In this document: one piece after another, positions 27,768-36,850 of the stretch
Layout of the letters: each line of letters starts with the position of its first letter
How positions within the stretch are numbered: the stretch's first letter is position 1
Source: Dehalococcoidia bacterium
GTDB taxonomy: Bacteria; Chloroflexota; Dehalococcoidia; Lucifugimonadales; JADFKI01
Direction of reading: 5' to 3'
DNA: 64,000 bases
Assembly (NCBI GenBank): GCA_963422525.1
Contig: OY730226.1
Coordinates: 2,261,813-2,325,812 of the forward strand
The notes under the pieces: model-generated
Seen by the model: the letters and a program-made list of their open reading frames with translations, nothing else
Told to the model about the DNA's origin: nothing
Databases searched by the model: none
Program-made: the position numbers and the translations under genes

Positions 27768-30225
27768 CTAGTGCGGGCTGTGGTTGTAATAGACCTGCCG
27801 TATGTAGGCTTTGTCCCTGCTCGGTATGGAGCTGACATCGGAGTTATCACTCGGTCCCATCAGGTAGTCGGAATAACCTGTGAGATCAGAGTGGTAAAGG
27901 TCGGTCAGTCCAGCCGTGTGGCCAAACTCGTGCATCACTACACCCGGGGCGTACGTCCAGAAATAAACATATTTCGCTTCAAGCCCAGGAACATCTTGTC
28001 TTTCCATATCATTTAGCACCTGATTGTGCTTAGAGGCGTCATCGGTCCAAAAGTACCCGGTGAATTTTTTGGTATTAGAGTTATATGACCAAGCGGGTTC
28101 TTCGATGACCATATACAGGGACTGCAGATGATCGCCGACTACCGGCAGCCACTTGAGCCAAGTGGTTGCAAAGCCGAGTATGCCGTTCGGCTTGACGCAG
28201 GCATAGGCATTTCCGCAGTGCGGTCGCGCCAAGACGGTCACAAGCCATGGATCACTTTTATCCAAGAAGATGCCTTTGCCGCCTCTCGCGACGTTTATCA
28301 ACACATGTTCGCCGTCGGTGTTCTTGTCGGTCCCACCAACAAGACACTCGTTGGCCTTGTTTCTGGTGCTGTCGTCCTTGCAGAACAGCACTCTCGGATT
28401 CGTGTTGGCAGTCGCGCTGTTCCAGGCGCGTGCGGCAGAAGATATAGCCGCCGGAATAACGGTGGCAGGGTCTTCCACCGGGTTAGAAGGCTGTGGGGCC
28501 GGCCTCAGCGGCTGGATTGTGCCTATCTTGTACTTGACGGTATGGTCCTGCTGATGTCCCAACCAAGGGATGCGTCCCTTTATCGTTAACGCAAAGCTTC
28601 CCGGGCTACGGCTCGACACGGCGACAGTGTAATCTCCCGTTGCCTCGATAATATCTGAACCAGTGTAGTGCGCACGTCCGGATGTGCGCGTGCCGCTGCG
28701 AATTGTCGCGTTGCCGCCATTCGTCACATCCATGGTCACATGCGCCGATTTTATTAGATTGAATCTGTAGTAGCGAACATAGCGTTTGGAACGTACTACA
28801 CCCATTGTGCAGCCACTGTCCCAGTTGCCGTTGGCGCTAATCTGGTATCCGCTAGCGCCTGTGCTTGAAAGGTCGCCTAGATAGACGGCATTACAATTGG
28901 CTGTAGGCGTAGGCGCAGGCACGGGTGTAGGGATGGGGATGGGAGCAATGGTTGAGATACTTATCCTGAGGTTGAAGTCGCCTCTTGCGCCGGAATTATA
29001 GGTGGTGGCTTCAATCGTGTAAGCGCCGGGCGCGAGGATCTGAGATATTCGAGAGTTCTTGCCGTTGGAGTCGTCGTTTGAAGCCACGACCGTGCCGTTC
29101 TTGCCGTATCCTTGCATTAGGTACAGGTATGGGTCGGTAGATGATGTGAGGTCAATCTGAACATCGGAGCGGTTATCCAACCAGAAGGTATAGAAGCGGG
29201 CGTACTTGCCGCTGTTCCTCTCGGACAGGCATGAACTGTCCCAAGCGCTGATGCGGGTGGTTTTGCCACCCAGAGTTCCCAGTGGATTGACGCAAGGGGT
29301 AGACGGTGGCGTATGAGTAGCAGTCGGGGTAGGCGTCGCTGTATCAGTCGGCGCTGGGACTGATGCTGAGCTGATGCTGAATGTGTAAGTTCGCAGCAGA
29401 GCGTTGGTGGAAGCGTGGCGCAATTCCACCGTACCTATACCCGATACCCGACTGACACCCAGCAAGGTACACAGTCTGGCCATTGCTGCGGGTTTTGGTA
29501 TCGTTTCTCTCCGCTCCGTCAGCGCAGTAGCTGCCACTACCGCTAGTGCTTATCTCCACATTGAGCGGGGCGCTGTCAGGGTTGGCGACCACCTTGACTC
29601 TTTCGCTGGAATTGACGGTGAACCTGTGCCAGCTGCCGTTGGGTTGGAAGTTGACGGTCGAAGGGTCAGGCGAAAGGTACGCGGAGGTGGTTCTAGGTAT
29701 TGGCGTCGGGACCGATCCGCCACCGCCTGATGAGGAACTTGTCAGCGTGATGACAATATCGTAATCTGTGCCGTCCCGCAGCGGATTGGACGATATGTTG
29801 TGGAACTCGAACTTCTGCGTTATGCTGGGATTGCTCTCACAGTAGTCATCGGTGCGCCATGGGTTGTTGCTCCATTGGCTGTCTGTTCTTGAAAAGGTGC
29901 GCGTGCCTATCTGTAGGCTTTTGAAATCCGACGGCTTAAGACACTCCTCAAATCGAAACTCAATCTCATCTGCCGAGTCGTCCCACTTGATGTATTTTAT
30001 GGTGTAGGTTCTGCCATTGTGTCGGAATGTGCGATCGTCTATATCGCCGAATTTGCCGTGCTCGTAGCCGTATTCGTCGTCTCCGGGTTCTCGCTCGGCT
30101 TCGAGTGTGGCGCTCCATGTTACTGAAGCCTGCGCGGCTGTGATGCGGACATTCAGAACCCAAAACAGCAACATTGCTACGATGATTACGCCACTGATGT
30201 AAGTGAGACGAAGCTGTAAGGGCAC
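27768..30225 (-). pseudogene. large secreted multidomain metzincin protease, split by a +7 frameshift
   Basis: Domain order: signal anchor, unknown domains, two PPC-like beta-sandwich repeats, then an HEFGHTAGLTD protease domain. Two track ORFs (29344..30225, 293 aa with signal anchor and AAQA/S site; 27768..29537, 589 aa) overlap in different frames. Removing one copy of a 7-bp tandem duplication at 29438-29451 joins them (...TVYLAGCQSGIG|TVELRHAS...) into one 816-aa ORF. The downstream part has two roughly 100-aa repeats with the pre-peptidase C-terminal (PPC) pattern (RFYTFWL...DLTS..DPYLYL...AYTIEATTY) and HEFGHTAGLTDLYH. Confidence 0.7.
29438..29451. repeat. perfect 7-bp tandem duplication (TACCCGA x2 on the plus strand) causing the frameshift
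   Basis: Read directly: 29438-29444 TACCCGA and 29445-29451 TACCCGA. The paralogous remnant near 25465 has exactly 7 nt fewer at this point. Confidence 0.9.
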
Positions 30226-30692
30226 TATTGTCCTTTCTCGCGATATGGGGAGGGGCTTGCGCTCCGGTAGAGCGCGCTTTTTCGATTTAGAGAATGCTTT
30301 GCATTCTTATCAGCGGCAACATTTAATGTCAAGTTCATGTTGAGTCGATTGCCTAAGGCAATGACTTCACCGTCGGAGTCCGCGCTGAATATCTGCGCAA
30401 CAGGTGGTTCCTCCGGGACAGAGTCGGGCAATCCCTTCATCCACTCGGTTGCTTGCTCCGTCGCGTCAGGGTTGGACAATATGTAACTCCCATCTTCGCT
30501 CTGCCGTTCACCAGGCAGAGGTGTAGAAGCGACTTCCTCATTAGCTTGCTGAGATGATATCGACACCGATACTACCTCTTCGCCAGTCAGCTCATCCGAC
30601 GCCGGCGGTATGCACGCAATCAGGATAAACGCCGCAATGACACTATTCGCCAAAGAGGTGATGCCGCAACTGGCAGGATGAGGACAGAGCAT
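30225..30692 (-). CDS. chimeric or truncated lipoprotein paralog (duplication scar; possibly not functional)
   Basis: 155-aa ORF. Residues ~24-114 (from the IAC of the lipobox, ...IACIPPASDELTGEEVVSVSISSQQANEEV...SDGEVIALG) are near-identical to the N-terminal part of the 31920..32675 product. The flanking N- and C-terminal residues are unrelated to it. Confidence 0.35.
   Translation of the reverse strand: MLCPHPASCGITSLANSVIAAFILIACIPPASDELTGEEVVSVSISSQQANEEVASTPLPGERQSEDGSYILSNPDATEQATEWMKGLPDSVPEEPPVAQIFSADSDGEVIALGNRLNMNLTLNVAADKNAKHSLNRKSALYRSASPSPYREKGQ
30352..30622. repeat. 271-bp near-identical segmental duplication, copy 1
   Basis: Hand alignment with 32341..32611 gives equal lengths and 5 mismatches by my count. 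Confidence 0.85.
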
Positions 30693-30717
30693 AAATTTGA
30701 CTGAACCCGTCGCCTTA

Positions 30718-31596
30718 TCATCGAACCCGCGTCACTCGAACAGCGAATCTACTGACATCCGCTGAAGTTCTGCCGCGCGCTACGTCGATCACGCTGGCGA
30801 GTACCCACCCCACCGCACTCGCCGTCCACTCTGGCAACTTAACGAACACGCCTACATCTGATTGTGGAGCAACAGGGTAGAATGGTGTCTCGACAGGAAT
30901 TTTGACCATGTATTCCTCAGGCACTGCCGCGAATGTTCTGAACTCGAATGGATCGGTGTTCCTCCATTGCAATGTGGCGACCAACTCGGAAACTTCATCA
31001 GATCCAATCAGGCTTTGGTCGAAGGTCACTATCGCATCAGCTCCCACCTTCAAGTCTATATTGAACCAGTTGAGCACAGAGACGAGGTACCCAAAGCAGG
31101 ACTGTGCATCGGCATCCAGACTAGTTGCTGTCACCTGAATGCCGGACAATTCGACGACGCCAAAACGGCGGAGCGCATCATCGAAACACTGAACCAACGC
31201 CGGCAGCGCAGCAGCAGGCTCGACAGTTCGTCGGATTAGTCCGAGCGATGCATAACTAAAACCTCCAACAGGCGGCGATGCTCTGCCCGGCTTAAGGCTG
31301 CCAACATCCAGTCCGACCTGAACGAATCCGATCCGGGATGGGTCAGTATTGGCGGTTATCTCCGCCTCCTCCATCGACCATAGTAGCGGACGGTCATTGG
31401 AAGAAGAAGTGGTGGCCCAACCCATCAATTCAGCCCGTTCTCTAAAAACGCTGTGAAGGTCTTCTTCCTCGGCATCAATAGTCGGCAAGCCAGATAGCTG
31501 TCCGAAAGCCTCAACAAAAATCGTTGCCGACCTGCCTGCGAAAATCATTGACGACATCACTGCTAATCTCCGTAACCGGGTCCCGGTGGGCGACAT
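30718..31596 (-). CDS. hypothetical protein, no export signal, no recognised domain
   Basis: 292-aa ORF (ATG 31596). An alternative ATG at 31557 has GGAG about 10 nt upstream. It is the only product in the island without a signal or anchor. Confidence 0.5.
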   Translation of the reverse strand: MSPTGTRLRRLAVMSSMIFAGRSATIFVEAFGQLSGLPTIDAEEEDLHSVFRERAELMGWATTSSSNDRPLLWSMEEAEITANTDPSRIGFVQVGLDVGSLKPGRASPPVGGFSYASLGLIRRTVEPAAALPALVQCFDDALRRFGVVELSGIQVTATSLDADAQSCFGYLVSVLNWFNIDLKVGADAIVTFDQSLIGSDEVSELVATLQWRNTDPFEFRTFAAVPEEYMVKIPVETPFYPVAPQSDVGVFVKLPEWTASAVGWVLASVIDVARGRTSADVSRFAVRVTRVR

Positions 31597-31919
31597 TCTA
31601 CTTGTTCGACTTTGTACACCTTGTCGGGTGGGTCAATTTTGCCCGGAATGTCAACATCTACAACGCTTCGATACCCAGTTTTTTGGGCGAAGCGCAGTCG
31701 TGCCTGACAACCACTCTCCTGCCTGATCCCCCCGTTCCAGTTCTGAGGCGCTTCTCCTGCCTATCGAGTGAGTCCCAATAGCAATTGACCGAAAGTAGCA
31801 AAACCAAAGACTCGCTATGAAATCCACACTCATCACGCATCTCCCATGCCCAAAGGGGTGAACAACGACACTCCGCGTAAGATAACAAATCCGTTCACAC
31901 ATATCACTGCTAAGCGCCG

Positions 31920-32675
31920 TTACTTATCCGCAAGACGGAATGTCCAGTTAGACATCACCGAATCGCCTCCGCCAACCAACCTATCGCCCTCACGCTTCGG
32001 TGGAACAATCCACATAGCAAAGACCGATACATACGGGGACAGGAGAACCTCCGGCGGGATACTGTGATACTCTACAAAGCCATCCGGCGTGATTCGCTCA
32101 CACGGATTACGGTCAGAGCGCGTACATTCATAAGATATTACTTTTTCACCTGCGATAGGCCAATGGGTATCAGAATCCACCCTGCTAACGCCCGTCACTA
32201 TAACCATATGGGTACGCGAACCGGTTAGAAAACGGAGAACCCGTTTCTTGCCCAATACCACCGGCTCCGGCCATGTCAGAATGGGCAAGTCGGGTCTAGG
32301 TAGATTCCGAGAAGTATCCCAGTTCACATAGTAAGGAATACCTAAGGCAATGACTTCACCGTTGGAGTCCGCGCTGAATATCTGCGCAACAGGTGGCTCC
32401 TCCGGGACAGAGTCGGGCAATCCCTTCATCCACTCGGTTGCTTGCTCCGTCGCGTCAGGGTTGGACAATATGTAACTCCCATCTTCGCTCTGCCGTTCAC
32501 CCGGCAGAGGTGTAGAAGCGACTTCCTCATTAGCTTGATGAGATGATATCGACACCGATACTACCTCTTCGCCAGTCAGTTCATCCGACGCCGGCGGTAT
32601 GCACGCAATCAAGGTGAGCGGGAAGACAGGCGCAACCAACTCGAGTAGCCTTTTCGCGGCAGTGCGAAACAACAT
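31920..32675 (-). CDS. lipoprotein of unknown function
   Basis: Start trimmed to ATG 32675 (MLFRTAAKRLLELVAPVFPLTLIACIPP, lipobox LIAC), 20 nt after the upstream stop. An acidic Glu/Ser-rich linker is followed by a C-terminal domain of about 130 aa with no family I recognise. Confidence 0.6.
   Translation of the reverse strand: MLFRTAAKRLLELVAPVFPLTLIACIPPASDELTGEEVVSVSISSHQANEEVASTPLPGERQSEDGSYILSNPDATEQATEWMKGLPDSVPEEPPVAQIFSADSNGEVIALGIPYYVNWDTSRNLPRPDLPILTWPEPVVLGKKRVLRFLTGSRTHMVIVTGVSRVDSDTHWPIAGEKVISYECTRSDRNPCERITPDGFVEYHSIPPEVLLSPYVSVFAMWIVPPKREGDRLVGGGDSVMSNWTFRLADK
32341..32611. repeat. 271-bp near-identical segmental duplication, copy 2
   Basis: See 30352..30622. Confidence 0.85.
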
Positions 32676-32694
32676 AGTGGGTTCCTTGGGCGCA

Positions 32695-33252
32695 TTATTG
32701 ATTATTGCACTGAATATTCCTAGGCACACTGGTAGTCTCTGCAGTTGCAGGGTTGAATCCGGGCAGATAGATGACATAGCCCCAACCTGTACCTCTATAC
32801 CATGTATTTCTACACAAACCATTGGACCTAGCTACGCCTGTCTTGACACCGAAGCCTTCAAAATCTGTATGGCGTGGGTCATCACTGGATGGAATTTCCC
32901 AATAACCTATCCCTTCATGATTGCTTGACATCAATCTAGCATAGTGAGCCATTTCTGCTACTATGAAGCCGCATCTAGCGGTAACTTTAGTATTCACACG
33001 ATGCTCATATCCGGACGTTGTGGATTTATGAGGTCGATCGGCAGTCTGTCTACAGCCTACCAGCGCCCCATAGTAGTCTGAAGCGGGATGAATTATAGAT
33101 TTCAAAATTCCACCAGACGAAACGGGGGCTAAGGCATATCCGCTGTTTGCCGGATGGTTCACAGATTCAGGCCCATCCGCAAACACATCCAACCGATTCG
33201 CTGAGAGCAAAATTGCGACTGTCAACAGAACTACTGTTATGCGTATAATCAT
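32695..33252 (-). CDS. secreted protein of unknown function
   Basis: 185 aa. Strong AAGGAGG SD. Signal peptide MIIRITVVLLTVAILLSANRLDVFA|D. Four Cys in the mature part. No recognised domain. Confidence 0.6.
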   Translation of the reverse strand: MIIRITVVLLTVAILLSANRLDVFADGPESVNHPANSGYALAPVSSGGILKSIIHPASDYYGALVGCRQTADRPHKSTTSGYEHRVNTKVTARCGFIVAEMAHYARLMSSNHEGIGYWEIPSSDDPRHTDFEGFGVKTGVARSNGLCRNTWYRGTGWGYVIYLPGFNPATAETTSVPRNIQCNNQ

Positions 33253-33497
33253 TTCGGCGCCTCCTTAGAATCAATCTTTTCGACTGCCTTGGAGTAACCC
33301 GCTATCTAGCGCCGAGTCGACGGAAATGCAGTTAGCCCTACCGCCAACCCGGCGCTGGGCAAATGCCACTCTTATATTTAACCATGAGACGCACATCCCG
33401 GATAAAAGTGAAGGCAGTATAAGTACGCACTAAATTATTGTCAATAATGATATTTATTTCACAAGCATATTTGAGATTTATATCACAATGCCTATAT

Positions 33498-33526
33498 TTG
33501 CCCATTCACCGCTTGCGGATTATAAT
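33498..33526 (+). promoter_or_regulatory. sigma70-like promoter candidate for the LLM monooxygenase gene
   Basis: TTGCCC (33498-33503), a 17-nt spacer, then TATAAT (33521-33526), in an AT-rich divergent intergenic region. Confidence 0.35.
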
Positions 33527-33576
33527 CTGCCTCAGCCTATGGCTAAAAACGAGACCACCAGCGAAAGGATACTGCT

Positions 33577-34749
33577 ATGTCGCTGCCCGATCGAATGAAG
33601 TTCGGCATATTCCTAGGCCCCTTCCATCGCGTCGGCGAAAACCCCACCCTCGCCATCGACCGCGACCTCGAACTCATCGAATGGCTCGACTATCTCGGCT
33701 TCGACGAGGCATGGATTGGCGAGCACCACAGTTCCGGCTGGGAGATAATCTCCTCGCCCGAGATTTTCATGGCAGTCGCCGCCGACCGCACAAAGCACAT
33801 CAAACTCGGCACCGGCGTCGTCAGCCTCCCTTACCACCACCCCTTCAATGTGGCGAACCGCATGGTGCAGATTGACCACATGAGCCGCGGGCGCGTCATG
33901 TTCGGCGTCGGCCCCGGCGCGTTGCCCGGCGACGCCTACATGCTGGGCATCGAACCGACCACTCAGCGCGAGAAGATGGACGAAGCGTTCGGCGTCGTGC
34001 TGCGCCTGTTCACCGAGACGGAGCCGATTACCTATAAGAGCGATTGGTTCGAACTGAACGAGGCGATGCTGCAGATCCGCCCATACCAGCGCCCTCACAT
34101 GCCGATAGCAGTCGCTTCCATACAGTCCCCATCCGGCGTTGCGCTCGCCGGCAAGTACGGCGCAGCCGTGCTCACCATCACCGTGCCCAGAGACCCGTCA
34201 CGAGGCGCACAGGCGAACCTCAACGACCTCTGGCACATCGCCGAAGCGTCGGCGGCAGAACACAATCAAACCGTCGACCGCAACGACTGGCGGCTGGTCG
34301 TCCCCACACACATCGCCGAAACCAGACAGCAGGCGCGGGACGAAGCCCGCATGGGCGCAGGCTACTTCCTCCGCGAATACACCGAGGGCACAAACGGGCG
34401 CAAGTCTGACTTCGACGGCCCCATCGAAAAGGTCATAGACCACATGGCGGACAACGGCGCTTGGATTGTCGGCACGCCCGACGACTGCATCGAAGCAATC
34501 CACAGACTCGACGAACTCAGCGGTGGTTTCGGCGGCTTCATGGTGCAAACCATCGACTGGGCGCCCCGCGACAGCATGCTGCGCAGCTACGAGCTCCTCG
34601 CCCGCTATGTTATGCCTCACTTCCAGGGCAGCGCAGCGGCAACCAAGGCGTCTCAGGACTGGGCAATCGCACACCAAGACGAGCTTGTAAGCGGCAGAGT
34701 TCGCGCTATCGACCGCGCCAAGCAGACCTACGCCACCCGCAGCAATTGA
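33577..34749 (+). CDS. LLM-class flavin-dependent oxidoreductase (luciferase-like monooxygenase)
   Basis: 390 aa with MKFGIFLGPFH, GFDEAWIGEHHSSG and RVMFGVGPG. Confidence 0.85.
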   Translation: MSLPDRMKFGIFLGPFHRVGENPTLAIDRDLELIEWLDYLGFDEAWIGEHHSSGWEIISSPEIFMAVAADRTKHIKLGTGVVSLPYHHPFNVANRMVQIDHMSRGRVMFGVGPGALPGDAYMLGIEPTTQREKMDEAFGVVLRLFTETEPITYKSDWFELNEAMLQIRPYQRPHMPIAVASIQSPSGVALAGKYGAAVLTITVPRDPSRGAQANLNDLWHIAEASAAEHNQTVDRNDWRLVVPTHIAETRQQARDEARMGAGYFLREYTEGTNGRKSDFDGPIEKVIDHMADNGAWIVGTPDDCIEAIHRLDELSGGFGGFMVQTIDWAPRDSMLRSYELLARYVMPHFQGSAAATKASQDWAIAHQDELVSGRVRAIDRAKQTYATRSN

Positions 34750-35114
34750 CGGTCAAAAGTTTGCCAGACCTGATTAGCTTTGACATTGACGGCACGCTCG
34801 AAGTAGGCGAACCGCGCGGCAGCATCACCATAGACTTCGTGCGCGCGGCGCAGCGCAAGGGCTGCATCATCGGCAGCTGCTCCGACCGACCAATCAGCTA
34901 CCAACGCCGTATATGGCGTCAGCATGAAGTAACCGTTGATTTCACCGCCCTAAAGCAAAATCTGGCCGAAGTGAAGACGCGCTTCGAAGCCGACGCCTAC
35001 ATCCACATCGGCGACACCGAAGTGGATGAGTTCTTCGCTGACAAAGCGGGCTTCCACTTCATCAAAGTGGACACTCAAGCCTGGCAAACATGGAGCCAGC
35101 AACTGCTGAAGTAA
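34746..35114 (+). CDS. small HAD-superfamily hydrolase-like protein
   Basis: Motif I ISFDIDGTL, a GSCSDRP motif and GDTEVDEFF. The long track ORF (from 34461) overlaps the LLM gene, so I trimmed it to the in-frame TTG at 34746, which overlaps the LLM stop (TTGA). An alternative TTG lies at 34761. Confidence 0.55.
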   Translation: MTVKSLPDLISFDIDGTLEVGEPRGSITIDFVRAAQRKGCIIGSCSDRPISYQRRIWRQHEVTVDFTALKQNLAEVKTRFEADAYIHIGDTEVDEFFADKAGFHFIKVDTQAWQTWSQQLLK

Positions 35115-35145
35115 CCCATTCCACTAATCTCTACTCGCCCATCCT

Positions 35146-35886
35146 ATGAGTCAGAGGCAACCAATGACAAGACCCGACGGCCGCGCCAACAACGAGTTGC
35201 GCCCCACGAAAATAACCTGCGGCGTGCAGACATTCTCCGAAGGCAGCGCCCTGATAGAGACCGGGCTGACGCGCGTCTTATGCGCCGTCAGCGTCGAAGA
35301 TAAAGTCCCGCCCTTCCTGCGCGGATCAGGGCAGGGATGGATTACCGCCGAGTACGCCATGCTGCCGCGAGCAACCCTCACCCGTACGCCACGCGAGCGC
35401 ACGCCACGAGGTCGCACGCAGGAGATTCAGCGGCTCATAGGCAGGTCATTGCGCGCCGCCATAGACCTTGAACGGCTCGGCGAGCGCACCTTCACCGTGG
35501 ACTGTGATGTACTGCAAGCCGACGCCGGCACACGCACCGCCGCAATCACCGGCGGCTATGTCGCCCTCTATCAAGCGCTCGCCGCTCTCGTCAACGAAAA
35601 GCGGCTGCCCGACATACCAATACGCGCTGCCGTCGCCGCCACAAGCGTAGGCATCGTAAACGGCGACCCGCTGCTCGATCTCTGCTATGAAGAGGACGCG
35701 GCCGCCCAGGCCGACTTCAATGTGGTGATGACGGCCGACGGCGAGTTCGTCGAAGTGCAGGGCGCCGCCGAAGGCGCTCCCTATTCCAGACGCGCCTTAG
35801 ACGACGTGCTATCCGTAGCCGAGCAAGGCATCAGGAATCTCATCGCCATCCAGCAGGTCGCCATATCCGGCATCGCCCCAGCCTAG
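35146..35886 (+). CDS. rph: ribonuclease PH
   Basis: RPDGRANNELRP..., GSALIETGLTRVLCAV, WITAEYAMLPRAT and DCDVLQADAGTRTAAITG match RNase PH. Confidence 0.95.
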   Translation: MSQRQPMTRPDGRANNELRPTKITCGVQTFSEGSALIETGLTRVLCAVSVEDKVPPFLRGSGQGWITAEYAMLPRATLTRTPRERTPRGRTQEIQRLIGRSLRAAIDLERLGERTFTVDCDVLQADAGTRTAAITGGYVALYQALAALVNEKRLPDIPIRAAVAATSVGIVNGDPLLDLCYEEDAAAQADFNVVMTADGEFVEVQGAAEGAPYSRRALDDVLSVAEQGIRNLIAIQQVAISGIAPA

Positions 35887-36734
35887 TAGTCGTCGTCCAT
35901 GTCGCCGTCGCTGCTGGCGTTAATGATGCGGTGGATTACCGGCGAAAACGCCTCATCATCCCCCGGCTCCGTGTCGTCATCCGACCAGTCCTTCATGCTG
36001 AGTCCACCCAATGCGCTGACATCCTTGTCTGCATCTTCGTAATCCAGCGCTCCCTCGGGCAAGTACACGCGATAGTGATCATCCCCCCGAGACGGGAATG
36101 ACACTATCCCCGCCTGCGAAGGGTGCTTGAAAGTTTCGCGTATGATTATCGTCAACTCATGGAATCCGGCGCTGGTAACGGTCGCCTCGTACTGGTTGCC
36201 GCCGCGGAGCAGGCGTGCCAGCCGCGCCATCATCTTAGGCTCCACACTGCCGATGTAGTCGCCGTCGGCGTCCTTCACCTTCAGCCGCCTGTCCTCAATC
36301 TCAAGGATTACCCGATGACCCGGCGCTAGCTTGAGCAGCGTCGGCGTCGGCGCAAGACTCACCAGCGAAGTGGTAGTCGCCTTGCCGCTCTCCTCAATGA
36401 ACACTCGCGGCGCTGCCTCAACGCTGCCCTGCGCTCGCGGCGCTTCCTGGTCGCCCAGTCTCATCAGCCTGTCCAGATTCTTGCGCGCGATGCCGTTGTG
36501 CGGCGAAATCTCCAGCGCTCTCCGGAACGCCAGCTTCGCCTCACCGTTTCGCCCAACTTCGCTCAGCGCCTTGCCCAGCCGATTCTGCGCCTCCAGGTCA
36601 TCCGGGAAGTCCCTCAAGATGGCGCGATTTATCGCCGCCGCCTCATCCCACTGGCTCTTCATCGCCAGCGCAACCGCCTTCTTTGCGCGGCCACGCCTAA
36701 CCTTTGCCTTGTCTTTGTCCGCAATTTTCTGCAT
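35883..36734 (-). CDS. TPR-repeat protein
   Basis: The N-terminal 100 aa or so form TPR-like helices (WDEAAAINRAILRDFPDDLEAQNRLGKALSEVGRNGEAKLAFRRALEISP). Acidic C-terminal tail. Converges on rph with a 4-nt overlap. Confidence 0.65.
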   Translation of the reverse strand: MQKIADKDKAKVRRGRAKKAVALAMKSQWDEAAAINRAILRDFPDDLEAQNRLGKALSEVGRNGEAKLAFRRALEISPHNGIARKNLDRLMRLGDQEAPRAQGSVEAAPRVFIEESGKATTTSLVSLAPTPTLLKLAPGHRVILEIEDRRLKVKDADGDYIGSVEPKMMARLARLLRGGNQYEATVTSAGFHELTIIIRETFKHPSQAGIVSFPSRGDDHYRVYLPEGALDYEDADKDVSALGGLSMKDWSDDDTEPGDDEAFSPVIHRIINASSDGDMDDDY

Positions 36735-36850
36735 TTACATCTACCCTGTCATTCTGATATTTCATCGGCGTCGCCCGGAGCGAATTCACCACAGGCGGTG
36801 GTACAACCATAAGAGTATTAGAAATACTATGTCAGAGGAATTAAAGGTTT

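Noticed and set aside
31597-31919. Small ORFs (31651..31902, 31658..31888, 31524..31781) in the gap between the 292-aa gene and the lipoprotein gene
   Set aside because: They mutually overlap, lack SD sequences, and have Cys/Arg/Trp-rich implausible sequences. I treat the gap as intergenic.
34461-34745. First 95 codons of the 217-aa plus-strand ORF
   Set aside because: These codons overlap the 3' end of the LLM monooxygenase gene in another frame and are Arg-rich shadow sequence. The HAD-like motifs begin only after the LLM stop.
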